Below are positions 10,171-20,750 of a DNA stretch of 64,000 nucleotides, one piece after another (position 1 is the first letter of the stretch; each line of letters opens with the position of its first letter). The notes under the pieces were generated by a model. The model ran no database searches. It was not told where the DNA came from and saw only the letters and a program-made list of their open reading frames with translations. The position numbers and the translations under genes were made by a program. Origin of the DNA: an uncultured Methylomirabilota bacterium (GTDB lineage: Bacteria; Methylomirabilota; Methylomirabilia; Methylomirabilales; 2-02-FULL-66-22); the NCBI GenBank assembly GCA_963845565.1, contig CAWJSJ010000001.1, forward strand, positions 864,001 through 928,000. The letters run 5' to 3'.

Positions 10171-10959
10171 CTACCGTTTGAGATTGTTCGTGAGCTGCAG
10201 CATGTCGTCCGCCGATTGCACCGCTTTCGAACCCGCCTCATACGCGCGTTGTCCAACGATGAGGTTGACCATTTCCTCCACCACCTTGACGTTCGACATT
10301 TCCACAAAACCTTGCGACAAGGTCCCGAAACCCTGGCTTCCTGGCGCCCCAGCGATCGCCGTGCCGGACGCGGTGGTCGGCAGGAAGAGATTGCGACCGA
10401 TGGCGTTCAGCCCCGCGGGGTTCGCGAACCGCGCCAGCTCGATGTTGCCGACCTGCTGGGGCGCGTTGTTTCCGGCGAGTGTGACGCTGACGGCGCCGTC
10501 CGTTCCGATGGACACATTGATCGCCTGGGTCGGGATCGAGATCTCGGGCTGGAGCGCGTACCCGTCCGGGTTGACCATCCGCCCGTTGGCGTCCTTCCGA
10601 AACGACCCCGCCCGGGTGTACGCGGTCGTCCCATCCCCCCGCAGCACCTGGAAGAACCCATCCCCCTCGATCACCAGATCCAGCGGGTTGTCGGTCTGCT
10701 GGAAGTCACCCTGGGAGAAGATCCGTTGCGTCGAGGCCGGGCGCACGCCGGAGCCGACCTGAATCCCGGTGGGCGCTTCAGCGCCCTGGGCGGTTGGCGC
10801 CCCCGGCATCCGGGGTGTCTGGTACAGCAGGTCCTGGAAGTCCACCCGGCTCTTCTTGAAACCGCTGGTGTTGACGTTGGCCAAATTGTTCGACGTCGTA
10901 TCGATGTTGAGCTGCTGGGCGGTCATGCCGGTCGCTGCCGTGAACAATGCCCTGATCAT
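10171..10959 (-). CDS. flgG: Distal rod protein FlgG
   Basis: [35 protein letters not shown]. Confidence 0.97.
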   Translation of the reverse strand: MIRALFTAATGMTAQQLNIDTTSNNLANVNTSGFKKSRVDFQDLLYQTPRMPGAPTAQGAEAPTGIQVGSGVRPASTQRIFSQGDFQQTDNPLDLVIEGDGFFQVLRGDGTTAYTRAGSFRKDANGRMVNPDGYALQPEISIPTQAINVSIGTDGAVSVTLAGNNAPQQVGNIELARFANPAGLNAIGRNLFLPTTASGTAIAGAPGSQGFGTLSQGFVEMSNVKVVEEMVNLIVGQRAYEAGSKAVQSADDMLQLTNNLKR

Positions 10960-10970
10960 CGCTTCACTCC

Positions 10971-11687
10971 TTACACGCGCCCGAGTTCGTTGGCCGCCTG
11001 CCCGACGGTCTGGTCGAGGGATTGGATCGTCTTCTGGTACGCCTCGTAGGTCCGCATCGTGGCCAGCATCTCCACCATGCTCATGACGACGCTCACATTC
11101 GACCCTTCCAATTGTCCCTGCACGACCGTCGCCTCGGGCAAATCCGGCGGCGGCTGGGCGCCGTCCACCACCGCGAAGAGCGTGCCCCCCGCTTTCATCA
11201 AGCCGTCCAGGGAGTCCCCGCCGACGAACCGGAGCGAGCCGCCTTCCGACAGCCGCCCGTTGGAATCCACCCGAAACCCGCTATCCGGGACTTGCACCGG
11301 ACCCTCGGCCCCGAGCACCCGAAACCCCTCGGGCGTCGCCAGGAAGCCTTCGGCATTGCGCACGAAGTTTCCCGCCCGGGTGTATCGCTCCCCCTGGGGC
11401 GTCTCGACGACGAAGAGTCCCGGGCCGACGATGGCGAGATCGAGCGGGTTGCCGGTGGTCTTCAAGACCCCGGGCGCCAGATTCAATCCGGGCCGCCCAA
11501 CCTCCACGGTGCTCATGGGCGCCAAAGGGGTACTCATGAGATTCGCCGGAATTGCCGATTGATCGATTGTGACCAGATCGGCCTTGAAGCCCGGTGTGTC
11601 CACGTTGGCCAGGTTGTTGGCCAGGATGTCCATGCGGGTTTGGTGCGCGACCATGCCCGATGCGGATGTATACACCCCCTGAATCAT
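10971..11687 (-). CDS. flgF: Proximal rod protein FlgF
   Basis: [31 protein letters not shown]. Confidence 0.93.
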   Translation of the reverse strand: MIQGVYTSASGMVAHQTRMDILANNLANVDTPGFKADLVTIDQSAIPANLMSTPLAPMSTVEVGRPGLNLAPGVLKTTGNPLDLAIVGPGLFVVETPQGERYTRAGNFVRNAEGFLATPEGFRVLGAEGPVQVPDSGFRVDSNGRLSEGGSLRFVGGDSLDGLMKAGGTLFAVVDGAQPPPDLPEATVVQGQLEGSNVSVVMSMVEMLATMRTYEAYQKTIQSLDQTVGQAANELGRV

Positions 11688-11726
11688 GGATCCCCCTTTT
11701 GCGGAAACTCGTTACTCGCCTCCGTA

Positions 11727-11741
11727 GCAACCCCAGTGCCA
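11727..11741 (-). promoter_or_regulatory. sigma54 -24/-12 promoter of the flgF operon
   Basis: TGGCAC-TGGGG-TTGCT exact consensus about 40 bp upstream of flgF. Confidence 0.85.
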
Positions 11742-11825
11742 TGTCGCGAGCCACTCGTTCCCTGACGTAAAAACAAGAGGATCCAGAACCAGAGGGTCGG
11801 GATTTCCCCTCCGAAGGCAGGCGAA

Positions 11826-11844
11826 GGCGGCAACGTTTGCCGCC
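11826..11844. promoter_or_regulatory. Putative enhancer-binding-protein site (UAS)
   Basis: Perfect palindrome GGCGGCAA-CGT-TTGCCGCC about 95 bp upstream of the sigma54 site. Confidence 0.6.
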
Positions 11845-11938
11845 ATCGGCAATCGTTCGCGCCATCCCGGCTCCCGAACAACGAGATGCGGTCTTTCCTC
11901 AAGGCGGGGAAAGGGATGCTGGAACAGGATGGCAGTGG

Positions 11939-14900
11939 TTAGGAGTGCACCGCCGCCACGTTCATGATGAAGGCGCTCAACGCCGGTGTCAACCGGGCGG
12001 TCTCCTCGTCCAGCGCCTGGAGCGCGGTGGCCGCTCCGTCGAGGTCACCCGCACGGCCGAGTTCCTCCAGACGGCGCGCTGCGGCACAGGCGTTCCGAGC
12101 CTCGAAGATGCCTAGTGAACCTTTGAGCTTGTGCGCGGCCCGTTCCAGCGCCACCGCGTCGTGTTTGCTCAAGGCGGCGTGCACGTTCCCAAGCAAACCC
12201 GGCAACTCTGACAGGAGCAGGCCGCTTGTCTCCCGCAAGAGCTCCTCGTCCCCCCCCACGCGCGCCAGGGCAGCCGCCTGATCCCACGGGTCGTCGGGCA
12301 CCGGCTGCGGCGGGGCGGCCGGCGGAACTCCTGTGCTGGAGGTATCCTCGAGACCGTCGAGGCTCTCGAGCGTTTCGAAAAGTCTAGCCGCATCAATCGG
12401 CTTCGACAGATACCCATCCATCCCGGCGGCCAGACACCGCTCCTGATCCCCTTTCATGGCGTGCGCGGTCATCGCGATGATTGGCACATGGAGCCCAGTT
12501 TGTTCTTCCAGCTTCCGGAGCGCCGCCGTCGCCTCGAAACCGTTCATTTCCGGCATCTGGACATCCATGAGGACCAGGTCGATTCCGCCGGGTCCGGCGG
12601 CCTGGAACAGCGCGAGCGCCTTCCCTCCGTCCCCGGCCACAGTGACCGAATGCCCCCACTTCTCCAACATCCGGACAGCCAGCGTCTGGTTGACCGGGTT
12701 GTCCTCCGCTAAAAGGATACGGAGACGTCGGCCTGGATCGTGCAGCCGGGGGCGCGTGATCAAGGACGACGCCGGATCCCGGCCGGAGAGTCCCAGAGCA
12801 CGCATGATCGCATCGAACAGGTCGGACTGCGTGATCGGCTTCATCAAGTGCTCGCGGATTCCGGCCGCGCGGGACCTCGCACCGGCGCCGTGCAGGTCCC
12901 CGGAGGAGAGCATTATAAGCGTCGCCCCGGCGAGGCGTTCCTGCGAGTGAATTCGCTCCGATAAAGTGTACCCGTCCATCCCGGGCATCTGGGCGTCGAG
13001 CAGGACCACGCGGAATGGTTCTCCGGCGCACACGGCCTCGTCGAGCGCAGCCAACGCGGCCTCCCCGTCCTCCACCACCGTGGGGTGCATCCGCCAATTC
13101 GTGAGCGTGTCCTGCAGGATCCGACGGTTGGTTGCGTTATCGTCCACCACCAGGATGCGAAGGCCGCGGACGGCACCCTCTTGACTCTCTGACCGGCGCG
13201 GCGCTTGGTTGGGCTGAACGCCGAAACGGGCTGTAAAGTGGAACGTGCTTCCCTTCCCGATGGCGCTTTCGACCCAGATCTTCCCTCCCATCAACTCCAC
13301 CAGTCGCGCCGCGATCGTCAGGCCCAATCCGGTGCCGCCGTAACGGCGCGTGGTGGAGCTGTCCGCCTGGGTGAAGGAATCGAAGATCCGGCTTTGCTTG
13401 TCCGACGCGATCCCGATCCCGGTATCTGACACTGCGAAATGCAACCAGACCGCTTGCGATTCGTCGGCAGCCCGCTCCACATGCACGACCACTTCGCCCT
13501 CGTCCGTGAACTTGACCGCGTTGCCGACCAGGTTCACCAGGATCTGCCGCACCCGTCCGGGGTCGCCCACCAATCCGTCGGGCACATCCGGGAGCAGATT
13601 GCAGGCCAATTCCAGCCCCTTCTGCGATGCCCGCACCGCCAGCGCCCTCAGGAGATGGCCGAGCATCTCGTTGAGCGAGAAGCCGATGTTCTCCAGCTCC
13701 AGCCGGCCGGCTTCGATCTTCGAGAAGTCGAGGATGTCATTGATCACCCCCAGCAGCGAGTCGGCGGACACCCTGACGGTCTCCAGGTAGTCCCGCTGCT
13801 CGCGGGTCAGTTCCGTCTCCAGGGCCAGCTCGGTCATGCCGATGATCCCATTCATCGGCGTCCTGATCTCGTGGCTCATGTTGGCCAGGAATTCGCCCTT
13901 GGCCCGGGTCCCCGCCTCCGCGGCATCTCGTGCCCGCGCCATGGCGGCATACAGCGAGGCATTCCGCAGCGCGACCGCGGCTTGAGCGACGAAGCTGTCC
14001 AGGAGGTTCTGATCGTCGGCGTCGAGGCAGAACGGCTGCCGCGCGTTCAACGTCAGGACGCCCAGCAGCGTGCCGTTCAGCATCACGGGGACACCCAGGA
14101 AGCTGCTGAGCCGGTGGCGTCTGGCCCAGTCGTGGCCCACGAACCGCGGATCACCAAACCGATCGGGGCAATGAAAGATCTCACGGCGCAACGCGACCCA
14201 GCCCGACGCCCCCTCACCGTATCCCATGGTGGTGGTCGGGAAATCGGCCATCGTCTCGTCGGAGAACGCACAGAGTTCCAGCGTCCGGGTCTCTTCATCG
14301 GCCCGCCAGAACGAGACGAACGGCGCGTTCATCAGTTGCGCCATCGCCGCGGTAATCTCGCGGAGCACGGCATCGGTCTCCAGGGAGGCGGAGATCAGCT
14401 GAGTGAGCTGTGTCATCGCTTGCAGCCGCTGTAAACGCCCTGCCAATCGCTCGCGCAACCGGGCGTTCTCGATGGCGATGGCCGCTTGGTCGGCAAATGA
14501 TGCCAGATATGCCATCTCAGCCGCCGTATACCGGTGAGACACGGTCATGTTGAAGGTCAGAACCCCCAGAACATCATCCCCACGCTTGATCGGCAGGCCG
14601 AGATACGTGACGATACCGAGTTCCCGATCCCGTTCCGCAAACACGCTCCGGGGATCCGTTGGCGCGTCCGCCATGAACAGCGGTTCGCCCGTCTGGGCGA
14701 CGATCCCGGACGGGCCGACGCCAACCGGGAGGGTATAGTCCTTGGGCATCGCGGAACCCTGGAGCGCGCCGACGCGGAGCAGACCCGCAGCCCGATCCAG
14801 GAGAAGCACCTTGACATGCGGCGCACCGCTGATCCTGGCCGCCTCCGTGACCAGGCGGTTGAGAATGACCTGAAGATCCTGTTCCGCCATGAGCGCGTCC

Positions 14901-16204
14901 GTTGCGCGCAAGAGCGCCCCCAGCTGCTCACCGCGCGCCATCGCGGCGGCGTGCAGGCGGGCGTTCTCGATCGCCACGGCAGCCTGGGTGGCAAAAAGCT
15001 GGAGCAGACCCTGTTCCTCGGCGGTGAAACGTTGCACCCCTTCCTCGTGGTCCACTACGATCACCCCGAGAAGCCGGTCGCGATACAGCAATGGCTCCGC
15101 CAGGACGGCTGTGGTCGAGGTCCCCGCGAGAAAGGCGGGAAGCGCCTGCGGCCAATTCCGGTAATCGTTCACCAACAAGCCGACCCGTGTCGCGGCCACC
15201 GTGCCCACCACGCCTTCCCCCGAATGCACCCGCACATCCGCGATCCAGTCGCCATGGCCGTGCCATGCGCGGGGCCGCAGCGTGCCGTCGTCTTCATCCA
15301 CCAGATACACCGCGCTCGAGCGTCCCCGCAGCAGCTCCGCCGCGCGCTGCGCGAGCATTGTCAGGACGGTGGGTAGGTCCAGTTCACGCGTGATCTCCTG
15401 GCCCACCGCGTGCACGGCCTCCGTCCGTTGTTTCTCGCTCCGGAGCGCCGTCTCGGCGATCGCTCGCCGCCGCTCCGTCCGCCTGATCCGCCCATTCACC
15501 AGCAAGAACACGCCCAGGCCGGCCACCCACAACCCTGCGTGACCGAGCCATACTTGTCGCCACTGGGTGCGCTCCATGGCGCGGAACGGCGCCATGTCCA
15601 CCGACACGCTCATTCCACCCCGCACGTCGCCCACCCGGTACCCTTGCTCGCCGTGACAGCCGAGACAATCCTGTTCCACCATCACGGGCCGCATCAGACG
15701 AAACCGCTCTGTTCCCCCGAGATCCTCGACCATATCACGCTCGCGCTCCCCTCGTTCGAACCCGTGGAGCACTGTCGCTTCCCACAGATCCGGCGCATTC
15801 TCCGCCCGGAGCGGTTTGAGGCTGGTCAAATGCCTTCGCATCCCGGCGTTGCGCTCCGCGAGTTCATGGACCTGTCGGGTCATGTAGGCCGGGTTCACCA
15901 GCGTCAACGCAACCCCGGACGGCGTGGAGGTGTCCCGCTCACGATGGCCGATGAGGTATGGGTTCGGCGGCGTCGCGTCGCCCGCGCGGACGTACACCCC
16001 TCCCCGCTCGGCGCTCCAACGTCGGAAGTGGAGGTCGCGGTCGTATCCGGCGCGCGCCTGCATCCGTGCCAGGTCGAGGGTCTGTGACCTAACCTGGGCG
16101 AGGTTCCACACCAGCGACCCAGCCAGCGCCGCGGTCCACGCGATGGCGAGGATCACGACAGCATTCTTCGCCATCTGATGCCCTTCCCAATGCGAGTCCG
16201 CCAT
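11939..16204 (-). CDS. Unorthodox hybrid histidine kinase: TM-DUF3365 (CxxCH)-TM-GAF-GAF-GAF-HisKA-HATPase-REC-REC-HPt
   Basis: [11 protein letters not shown] and CLGCH; three GAF repeats ([10 protein letters not shown]); [21 protein letters not shown]; two REC domains; AAHKLKGS HPt. Confidence 0.93.
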   Translation of the reverse strand: MADSHWEGHQMAKNAVVILAIAWTAALAGSLVWNLAQVRSQTLDLARMQARAGYDRDLHFRRWSAERGGVYVRAGDATPPNPYLIGHRERDTSTPSGVALTLVNPAYMTRQVHELAERNAGMRRHLTSLKPLRAENAPDLWEATVLHGFERGERERDMVEDLGGTERFRLMRPVMVEQDCLGCHGEQGYRVGDVRGGMSVSVDMAPFRAMERTQWRQVWLGHAGLWVAGLGVFLLVNGRIRRTERRRAIAETALRSEKQRTEAVHAVGQEITRELDLPTVLTMLAQRAAELLRGRSSAVYLVDEDDGTLRPRAWHGHGDWIADVRVHSGEGVVGTVAATRVGLLVNDYRNWPQALPAFLAGTSTTAVLAEPLLYRDRLLGVIVVDHEEGVQRFTAEEQGLLQLFATQAAVAIENARLHAAAMARGEQLGALLRATDALMAEQDLQVILNRLVTEAARISGAPHVKVLLLDRAAGLLRVGALQGSAMPKDYTLPVGVGPSGIVAQTGEPLFMADAPTDPRSVFAERDRELGIVTYLGLPIKRGDDVLGVLTFNMTVSHRYTAAEMAYLASFADQAAIAIENARLRERLAGRLQRLQAMTQLTQLISASLETDAVLREITAAMAQLMNAPFVSFWRADEETRTLELCAFSDETMADFPTTTMGYGEGASGWVALRREIFHCPDRFGDPRFVGHDWARRHRLSSFLGVPVMLNGTLLGVLTLNARQPFCLDADDQNLLDSFVAQAAVALRNASLYAAMARARDAAEAGTRAKGEFLANMSHEIRTPMNGIIGMTELALETELTREQRDYLETVRVSADSLLGVINDILDFSKIEAGRLELENIGFSLNEMLGHLLRALAVRASQKGLELACNLLPDVPDGLVGDPGRVRQILVNLVGNAVKFTDEGEVVVHVERAADESQAVWLHFAVSDTGIGIASDKQSRIFDSFTQADSSTTRRYGGTGLGLTIAARLVELMGGKIWVESAIGKGSTFHFTARFGVQPNQAPRRSESQEGAVRGLRILVVDDNATNRRILQDTLTNWRMHPTVVEDGEAALAALDEAVCAGEPFRVVLLDAQMPGMDGYTLSERIHSQERLAGATLIMLSSGDLHGAGARSRAAGIREHLMKPITQSDLFDAIMRALGLSGRDPASSLITRPRLHDPGRRLRILLAEDNPVNQTLAVRMLEKWGHSVTVAGDGGKALALFQAAGPGGIDLVLMDVQMPEMNGFEATAALRKLEEQTGLHVPIIAMTAHAMKGDQERCLAAGMDGYLSKPIDAARLFETLESLDGLEDTSSTGVPPAAPPQPVPDDPWDQAAALARVGGDEELLRETSGLLLSELPGLLGNVHAALSKHDAVALERAAHKLKGSLGIFEARNACAAARRLEELGRAGDLDGAATALQALDEETARLTPALSAFIMNVAAVHS

Positions 16205-16210
16205 GGCGCG

Positions 16211-16915
16211 TCACGCTCCCGTCAAGACGCCGGAGGCCGGCCCGGTGGCGGCCCCCTGGCTGAGGTCCAGCATGTTCCGTGTGCCGACGTACGTCGTCAC
16301 CTGGGGGTCGTCCAACCCCATGATGGACTGCACCACCTGCGCGATCCGCTCGGTGTGGCGCTCGCAGCGATCCAGGAATTCCATGAACGCCGCGCCCTGC
16401 GGCCGCTGCGTCCGGGCAATCTGCAAAGAGGCAGAGAGCACCGTCAGCGGATTGTTGATCTCGTGACCCAGCGTGGCCGCCATCGTCAGCAGCGTTGCCT
16501 TGCGTTCGGCACTCGCTAACTCCCGCTGCAGGCCTTGAACGCGGAGTCCCGCTCGGACCCGCGCGAGCAGCTCCTCGTCGGCCCACGGCTTGACCAGGTA
16601 ATCGTCTGCGCCCTTGTCCAGACCCATCACTCGATCCGAAGCCTCATCTTTGCTGGTGAGCACGATCACGTAGCTCCGACGGAGGATGGGATCCGCTCGG
16701 AGCGCTCCGAGGAGCGCCGGACCGTCCATCTCCGGCATCATCCAATCCGTCAGGATGAGGTCCGGCGCACATTGCCGCGCGGCTTCAAGCCCTGCGCGAC
16801 CATCTTGTGCCGTTTCCACGGCATGGCCCGCGGCGCGAAGGCGCTTGGCCAATAACGCCCGCACGATGAGATCATCCTCGACGACCAAGAGCTGTGCGTG
16901 TGCCGGGACATCCAT
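16211..16915 (-). CDS. Response regulator with C-terminal HisKA-like domain and no ATPase domain
   Basis: LLVVEDD, LTDWMMPEMDG, YLVKP; LGHEINNPL followed by a short tail. Confidence 0.85.
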   Translation of the reverse strand: MDVPAHAQLLVVEDDLIVRALLAKRLRAAGHAVETAQDGRAGLEAARQCAPDLILTDWMMPEMDGPALLGALRADPILRRSYVIVLTSKDEASDRVMGLDKGADDYLVKPWADEELLARVRAGLRVQGLQRELASAERKATLLTMAATLGHEINNPLTVLSASLQIARTQRPQGAAFMEFLDRCERHTERIAQVVQSIMGLDDPQVTTYVGTRNMLDLSQGAATGPASGVLTGA

Positions 16916-16943
16916 GGCTGATCCTCTCGTCGTGCAGTCCGGT

Positions 16944-17630
16944 TCAACGCTGGGTGGTCTGGAACTCCCGCAAGAGCTGATCCACGAGACTCTGATCGCA
17001 CAGAGCCGCCTCGTCGCGAGTGCAGGTTTCGATGATCGGATCCGTAAGACCACCGTCCGTCGCCGCGTCCTCGATTCGGAACATGACCAACAGCCGAAGG
17101 AGCCGGGACTCGACCTCGGCGACCAGGCCGATGAGCTTTTGGATCTTTTGCGTCGTCAGATCCTGGAACTCCATGGCTGCCATGATATCCATGGCACGCC
17201 CCTGAGAGCGCCGCTGGATCTCCTTGGCTTCGTCCAGGCACCGTGCGATCTCCGCCACCCGGCCCCCTTTGGGGAGGAGGTACAGCATCTCTCCCACCCG
17301 GCTGAGGTGCTGCTCCACTTTCGTCTGCTCATCCACCAATTGCTCCGTCTGCTCCAAGACGCGGTTGGTGGCCTCCTCCGTCGTCTGGATGATCTCCGTC
17401 AGGTGTTTCGCCACTTTGGGGATCTCACGCTGGGAATCCTTGACGGTCGGGTCGAGGGTCTGCAGATTATGCAATGTCCGGTTGATGTAGGCCGCCAGTT
17501 CGCCGACGATCCCCCGCGCCTTGACATTGACGGTGCGGTGAAAGTTTCCCTCCGCCATGGCGCGGGCCGCGGAGAGGAGCTCGTGCAGTTCTCCCTGGAA
17601 GTCCTGATCCGTTACGGGTGTGTTCGCCAT
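16944..17630 (-). CDS. cheZ: CheZ-family phosphatase with N-terminal HAMP-like segment
   Basis: TEEATNRVL, MEFQDLTTQKIQK (DxxxQ), C-terminal DQSLVDQLL. Confidence 0.85.
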   Translation of the reverse strand: MANTPVTDQDFQGELHELLSAARAMAEGNFHRTVNVKARGIVGELAAYINRTLHNLQTLDPTVKDSQREIPKVAKHLTEIIQTTEEATNRVLEQTEQLVDEQTKVEQHLSRVGEMLYLLPKGGRVAEIARCLDEAKEIQRRSQGRAMDIMAAMEFQDLTTQKIQKLIGLVAEVESRLLRLLVMFRIEDAATDGGLTDPIIETCTRDEAALCDQSLVDQLLREFQTTQR

Positions 17631-17675
17631 TCGACGTCCTCCCTATCGCCCTCGGCAGACAAATATCTGCGTGTG

Positions 17676-18356
17676 TCAGCGCGTCACGATCCGGATCTCG
17701 ACCCGGCGATTGCGGGGCTCGCCGCGGGTGGCATCGTTCGGGAACAACGGCTTGTGCTCTCCGAGGCCGCGAGCCGCCAGCCGGAGCGGCGACAAGCCGT
17801 GGGCCTCCACCAGGAACCGGACTACCGCGGTCGCCCGTGCCACCGACAGTTCCCAGTTCGAGGGGAACTGCGCCGACCGTATGGGCAGCGTGTCCGTATG
17901 CCCCTCTGCCTCGATCGGATTCGACAGGCCGGCGACCACCCCCCCCACCTTGTCCAGCAGTCGCCGCGCCTCGCCGCGAAGCTCGGCCTTTCCCCGCTCG
18001 AAGAGGATCGCATCCTGGAACCGCAGGATGATCCCGTCGGATGCCCGTTCGATTTGCACGCGCCCGGCCTGGAGGTCCTCGCCCAAGCGCTCTCGCAGTT
18101 GTTGTACGACCTCGAACACCAGGTCGGGCTTGGGGAGCAGTCTCTCCCCGCCGTTTCCCTTCGCCGAGATCGGGAGCGGCGCCGAGGGGGTGTTGAACGC
18201 GCCGCGCAGGGAAACCGCCAAGGATTCATACTTCTTCAGGTCGACCTTCGAGATGGCATACAAGATCACGAAGAAAGCCAGGAGTAGGGTGATCATGTCG
18301 GCATACGTCAAGAGCCAACGTAGGTTTCCTCCGGAATTGTGACCACCTCCGCTCAT
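17676..18356 (-). CDS. motB: Flagellar stator MotB
   Basis: WLLTYADMITLLLAFFVILY, EGHTD, SNWELSVARA, NRRVEI. Confidence 0.95.
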   Translation of the reverse strand: MSGGGHNSGGNLRWLLTYADMITLLLAFFVILYAISKVDLKKYESLAVSLRGAFNTPSAPLPISAKGNGGERLLPKPDLVFEVVQQLRERLGEDLQAGRVQIERASDGIILRFQDAILFERGKAELRGEARRLLDKVGGVVAGLSNPIEAEGHTDTLPIRSAQFPSNWELSVARATAVVRFLVEAHGLSPLRLAARGLGEHKPLFPNDATRGEPRNRRVEIRIVTR

Positions 18357-18408
18357 GTCGCTCCTTCCGCCGCACCGCGTTCCGCCCAGGACCGGTCGTC
18401 CCTGCGCA

Positions 18409-19230
18409 TCACGCTCGACCACTGCGTCCCGTTTCAACCGTCGTTCCGACCCGCGTGCGATCGTCCAGCGGGACCGGATAGTAGGCATTGAGACGGAGTT
18501 CTAGAATATGGGGATTATGCCCGGCCTGGATTCCCAGAATTCCTTCCAGGACCATTTCCCGCCGAAACGCCTCCTCGGCACTCTTGGCCTGAAGGTTTCC
18601 CGCCAGCGGGAGAAACAGCACGTTGGCGCTGAAGATTCCGTAGAGCGTGGCAATGAACGCGATGGCGATCCCCTCGCCGAGTCCTTCCGTTCCGCCCTCC
18701 CCAAGTTTCGCCAACACGTGCACCAGCCCCAGTACCGTCCCGATGATGCCCATGGTGGGTGCGTATCCGCCCATGCTCTCCAGAAGCGAGATTCCGCGCT
18801 GGTGGCGCCGCTGCATGGCCGCGATCTCGGCGCGCAGGATGTCTCGCACGCTCGCTTCGTCCGCGCCGTCCACGACGAGCCGGAGGCCGCGGCCCAGGAA
18901 GGGGTCGGCTGTCCCGTCGTTCGCGATCTCCTCCAACGCAAGGATGCCGTCCTTGCGCGCCCGCCGCGACGCGTCGATCAGCGCCTGAATCAGCACCTGG
19001 GAGTCGGTGCCGACCCAGCCCCACAATGCCTTGCGTACCAGCATCGGGAGCCGCATCACGTCGCGGACAGTGGTGCTGACCATGGCCGCACCAAGTGTGC
19101 CGCCGCCGATGATGAGGAACGCCGAGAGGTTGGCGAACGCGAGCACGCTCCCGCCTTCGATCAGGACCGACCCGATGATGCCCGCCAGTCCCAACGCCAA
19201 CCCGATCGGAATTCCGAGATCGATGCGCAT
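18409..19230 (-). CDS. motA: Flagellar stator MotA
   Basis: ARKDGILALEE, GGYAPTMGIIGTVLGL, ATLYGIFSAN. Confidence 0.95.
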   Translation of the reverse strand: MRIDLGIPIGLALGLAGIIGSVLIEGGSVLAFANLSAFLIIGGGTLGAAMVSTTVRDVMRLPMLVRKALWGWVGTDSQVLIQALIDASRRARKDGILALEEIANDGTADPFLGRGLRLVVDGADEASVRDILRAEIAAMQRRHQRGISLLESMGGYAPTMGIIGTVLGLVHVLAKLGEGGTEGLGEGIAIAFIATLYGIFSANVLFLPLAGNLQAKSAEEAFRREMVLEGILGIQAGHNPHILELRLNAYYPVPLDDRTRVGTTVETGRSGRA

Positions 19231-19240
19231 GGTAGCAGCT

Positions 19241-19301
19241 TTCAGCGTTCAGTATTCAGCCCTCAGCAGGAAGCGTCGTAGCAGCGCGCTGACGGCTGAC
19301 T
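19241..19301. repeat. Inverted heptamer arrays (nTCAGCn x4 ... GCTGACn x2)
   Basis: TTCAGCG TTCAGTA TTCAGCC CTCAGCA ... GCTGACG GCTGACT. Confidence 0.6.
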
Positions 19302-19316
19302 ATCCGCTTGCCTTGC

Positions 19317-20603
19317 CTAGTCGAACCGCGTCCCCCACCGCTCGAAGGTGCTCCGCTCGTCCACCATGCGTACCCCGTAGAAACGGACCCCCTTGTTGAT
19401 CATCGCCTTGCGGAACTCCTCCTGGAGGGCGGGGGTCAGGTTGATGACGTGGAGGACGCCGTCGGAGTGATTTTTCACCAGCTCCGAGTACACATCCGAG
19501 AGCACCTCGAACAGGTTATAGTTGGCCGCGGCGAGCCCCTGGGCGTCGATGATCAGCTCCTGCTTCCGCTCGCGCACGAGCGCCATGAGCTGTTTGCGGA
19601 GCTCCAGGGCCTGGGTCGGGTCGATCCGTCCGGTCCAGGTCGAGAACCCCACCGACTCCAGCGAGGTCACCAGGAGCGGCCGCTTCGCGCACTTTTGGTA
19701 CTCTTTCCCCTCGATCGCGATCCAACCCCCCTGGAACGGACCGTAGACGCATGGGCCCTGTTTCAGGCAGTAATACCCGTTCCGGTACGCCTTGGCGAAC
19801 ATGCACTTGTTGGTGAGCTCTTCCACCTTGCCCTGCTGGTCGAGCTTCGCCCGCTCCCGAAGGTCCACCGCGTCCTTGATGCACCGCTCCATCTCCTCTC
19901 GGGAGGCCTCGATGGGGATGCATCCCGCCGCTCCCTGGCTGAAGAGCAGTTCGCTGGCCGCATCCAGGGCCGCCTCGTCGCTCACCAGGAGGAAGCTGTT
20001 CACCTCCCGCCCCAGGTGCTGGTAGGCTTGCAGCAGAGCCGCCGTCTCTGGGACCCCGGCTTCGGCCAGGACCGCCTTGGGGCGCTGTTCCCCCACTGCT
20101 TCCAGGAAGCTGGTTTCTTCGGATTCACAGGTGCACGTCTGGAAGCGGGCCAGGCGGTCCGCCAGGCGGGTCTGGAGGTCCTGCCCCACGACCAACACGC
20201 GGCCGTCTATGAGGGATTCCGCATCTTCTCCCAGATACGCCCGCAGGCGGGAGTCGACTTCCATCAGGTTCAACGGTTTCCGGAAATAGGCCACGGCGCC
20301 GTGCTGCTTGGCGTCGATCACGGTCTCCAGAGTGGGGTACCCCGTGATGAGGAAGATCCCCAGCGCCGGATTGACGCGATGCGCCTGCTGCAAGAATTCG
20401 ATCCCGCTGACCTCAGGCATGCGGATGTCCGAGAGCACCACCTGGTACCCCTGCGGGAGCTTTTCCAGCGCCTCGGGAACGTTGGCCGCGGTGTCCACCG
20501 CGTAACCCAGACTTCCGAAGTACTGCGCCAACGTGCTCCGGATCTCGTCCTCGTCGTCCAGGATCAGCAGCCGTCTGCCGTTTGCCTTTGCCGTGTCTGT
20601 CAT
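19317..20603 (-). CDS. Response regulator: REC - degenerate REC - Cys4 motif - STAS-like domain
   Basis: LLILDDE/LSDIRMP/ITGY/FRKP; second REC lacks phospho-Asp and Lys; C-x11-C-x5-C-x19-C; WTGRID...LIIDAQGL...LHVINLTP. Confidence 0.75.
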   Translation of the reverse strand: MTDTAKANGRRLLILDDEDEIRSTLAQYFGSLGYAVDTAANVPEALEKLPQGYQVVLSDIRMPEVSGIEFLQQAHRVNPALGIFLITGYPTLETVIDAKQHGAVAYFRKPLNLMEVDSRLRAYLGEDAESLIDGRVLVVGQDLQTRLADRLARFQTCTCESEETSFLEAVGEQRPKAVLAEAGVPETAALLQAYQHLGREVNSFLLVSDEAALDAASELLFSQGAAGCIPIEASREEMERCIKDAVDLRERAKLDQQGKVEELTNKCMFAKAYRNGYYCLKQGPCVYGPFQGGWIAIEGKEYQKCAKRPLLVTSLESVGFSTWTGRIDPTQALELRKQLMALVRERKQELIIDAQGLAAANYNLFEVLSDVYSELVKNHSDGVLHVINLTPALQEEFRKAMINKGVRFYGVRMVDERSTFERWGTRFD

Positions 20604-20614
20604 GCCATCTCCAC

Positions 20615-20721
20615 TTAGGAGTCGGTACGAAATCACATGCCAATGCGTTGGAATTTCGTTCCGGCTCCGTTTGCCGTTTCCGGAGTCTCCCCGGTCAAGT
20701 TGTGCATTGAAAGCGGCTCAG
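20615..20721 (+). mobile_element. Diverged copy of ~106-bp two-hairpin MITE/REP-like element
   Basis: TTAGGAGTCGGTACGAAAT...ATTTCGTTCCGGCTCC...GCCGTTTC...TCAA-N8-TTGAAAGCGGCTCAG; aligns with copies at 55011 and 59221. Confidence 0.7.
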
Positions 20722-20750
20722 TGACCGTGTCGAAGGCGCACAGCTTCACC

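Noticed and set aside
8535..10181. 548-aa plus-strand ORF and similar long ORFs (16686-18287, 19308-20618, 20965-22713, 35762-37450, 59785-61227)
   Set aside because: Antisense or alternate-frame shadows of well-supported genes
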